Program-made: the position numbers and the translations under genes | Source: an uncultured virus (IMG/VR IMGVR_UViG_3300043473_000028) | Taxonomy: Duplodnaviria; Heunggongvirae; Uroviricota; Caudoviricetes | DNA length: 64,000 nucleotides | IMG/VR virus record: IMGVR_UViG_3300043473_000028 | Strand: one strand, 5' to 3' | Shown: positions 62,905-64,000 of the stretch, in pieces | Numbering within the stretch: the first letter of the stretch is position 1 | How the letters are laid out: every line of letters begins with the position of its first letter | The notes under the pieces: generated by a model | What the model was told of the DNA's origin: nothing | Seen by the model: the letters and a program-made list of their open reading frames with translations, nothing else | Database searches by the model: none

Positions 62905-64000
62905 GCCGCGCACAGGGGAAATCTACGGGCCTGACACCACGGTCAGGTTCTTTCTGTTCAAGCACGCGCTTCAGGGTGACCGCCACGTCTGTGAGGTGCC
63001 AGCGGGCCTGAGCATCAGCGAGGCGCTGGACATCAGCATTGAAGACAGCGGCTGGCGTGAGCGCTACCGGCACAGCTTCACCATCTTTCTGCAAGACGGC
63101 ACCGTGGTGCCCGCGCATATGTGGGATCGTGTGCGGCTCAAGCCCGGCACGGCCTGCGTGGCCCGCCCGGTGGCTGAGGGGCCGTTCTTGGCCATCATCC
63201 CGATGCTGTTGCCCACCGTGCTGGGGCCGCTGTTTGCGGGCATGGGCTTCTTTGGCCAGTTGCTGCTGACGGGCATCACCATCGGTCTGAAGTTTCTGCT
63301 GAACAAGCTGTTTGCGCCCAAGCCGGTCAAGCCCACGCCCAGTGACCGCAAAGAAATCTACTCAATCATCGGCTCACGCAATGAAATCACCCAGTGGGAA
63401 CCTATACCGCTGGTGCTTGGCCGCCACCGCATCACGCCGCCCTTGTGCGCCAGCCCCTACACTGAGACGGTGGGTGATGAGCAGTACCTGCGCCAGTTGT
63501 TCTGCAACGGCTACGGCGCGCTGGCCATTGAGGCCAGCAGCATCAAGATCGGTGAGACGCTGGTCAGCACCTTTCCAGAAGCCACGCTTGAACACCGCTA
63601 CGGCTACAGCACCGACACGGCCACCACGCTCTACCCAAGGGACGTTCTTGAGCAGCCATTTTCTATAGAATTGCTGAAAAATACGCGCGGTACGGACGGC
63701 TACCCAACCGCCACGGTGACGCCTTGGACTGAAAAGAAGACCGCCACCAACACCGTCAGTTGCGGGCTTGATTTCTCATGGCCGCAGGGCCTTGGCGTCA
63801 TCTCAGATGAGGGCCAGCGCAGCGGGCGTGAAGCCATCGTCTACATCAACTGGCGCACAGCAGCCTCAGACGTGGCACCCATAGCGCCTGCGGGTGCGTG
63901 GTCTGGCAACCTTGTGCTGCGGGTTGTTGCGTCCACCCAAAAGGCGGTCAGGCGCACGTTCAACATCACATTCCCCGCTGCCGGGCAGTATGACGTGCGC
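62888..64000 (+). CDS. Central tail fibre / host-specificity protein J-like (5' part, runs off window)
   Basis: Hand translation MMKPLEPRTGE...WDRVRLKPG...YSIIGSRN...IPLVLGRHRITPP...QYLRQLFCNGYG...IKIGET. Confidence 0.85.
   Translation, partial: MMKPLEPRTGEIYGPDTTVRFFLFKHALQGDRHVCEVPAGLSISEALDISIEDSGWRERYRHSFTIFLQDGTVVPAHMWDRVRLKPGTACVARPVAEGPFLAIIPMLLPTVLGPLFAGMGFFGQLLLTGITIGLKFLLNKLFAPKPVKPTPSDRKEIYSIIGSRNEITQWEPIPLVLGRHRITPPLCASPYTETVGDEQYLRQLFCNGYGALAIEASSIKIGETLVSTFPEATLEHRYGYSTDTATTLYPRDVLEQPFSIELLKNTRGTDGYPTATVTPWTEKKTATNTVSCGLDFSWPQGLGVISDEGQRSGREAIVYINWRTAASDVAPIAPAGAWSGNLVLRVVASTQKAVRRTFNITFPAAGQYDVR

Overview
The window is a large piece of a GC-rich tailed dsDNA phage genome with a siphovirus-type tail module. 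The host is probably an alphaproteobacterium, inferred from the SSB C-terminus and the style of the terminase and tail genes. There are three blocks. (1) About 1-22.6 kb, + strand: replication and nucleotide metabolism, with two SF1 helicases, SSB, family A DNA polymerase, a DEDDh exonuclease and a VRR-NUC-like nuclease. It contains a thymidine-hypermodification toolkit: a dUMP-type thymidylate synthase/hydroxymethylase homologue, a P-loop 5-hmdU DNA kinase-like protein, two aGPT-Pplase/amino-acid:DNA-transferase-like proteins and HD/dNTPase-like genes. An intact myo-inositol-1-phosphate synthase sits where characterised systems have amino-acid-tailoring enzymes, which suggests an inositol-based DNA modification. 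(2) About 22.8-31 kb, - strand: small early/accessory genes, each behind repeated TTTACA-N17 sigma70-like promoters and a recurrent CCCGTGA start-region motif, plus a candidate structured ncRNA. (3) About 31.3-64 kb, + strand: terminase, portal, a 1997-aa collagen-containing fibre, two large multidomain effector-like proteins (Nudix + HExxH peptidase; ADP-ribosyltransferase), scaffold, capsid, head-tail and tail genes, including duplicated tail-tube genes and a -1 frameshifted tail chaperone. A roughly 55-aa 'NPKKPGS...GMTV.E' domain recurs in six unrelated genes across all three blocks. I saw no integrase, lysis cassette, canonical tRNA or CRISPR array. All assignments come from motif recognition by eye; no database search was run.
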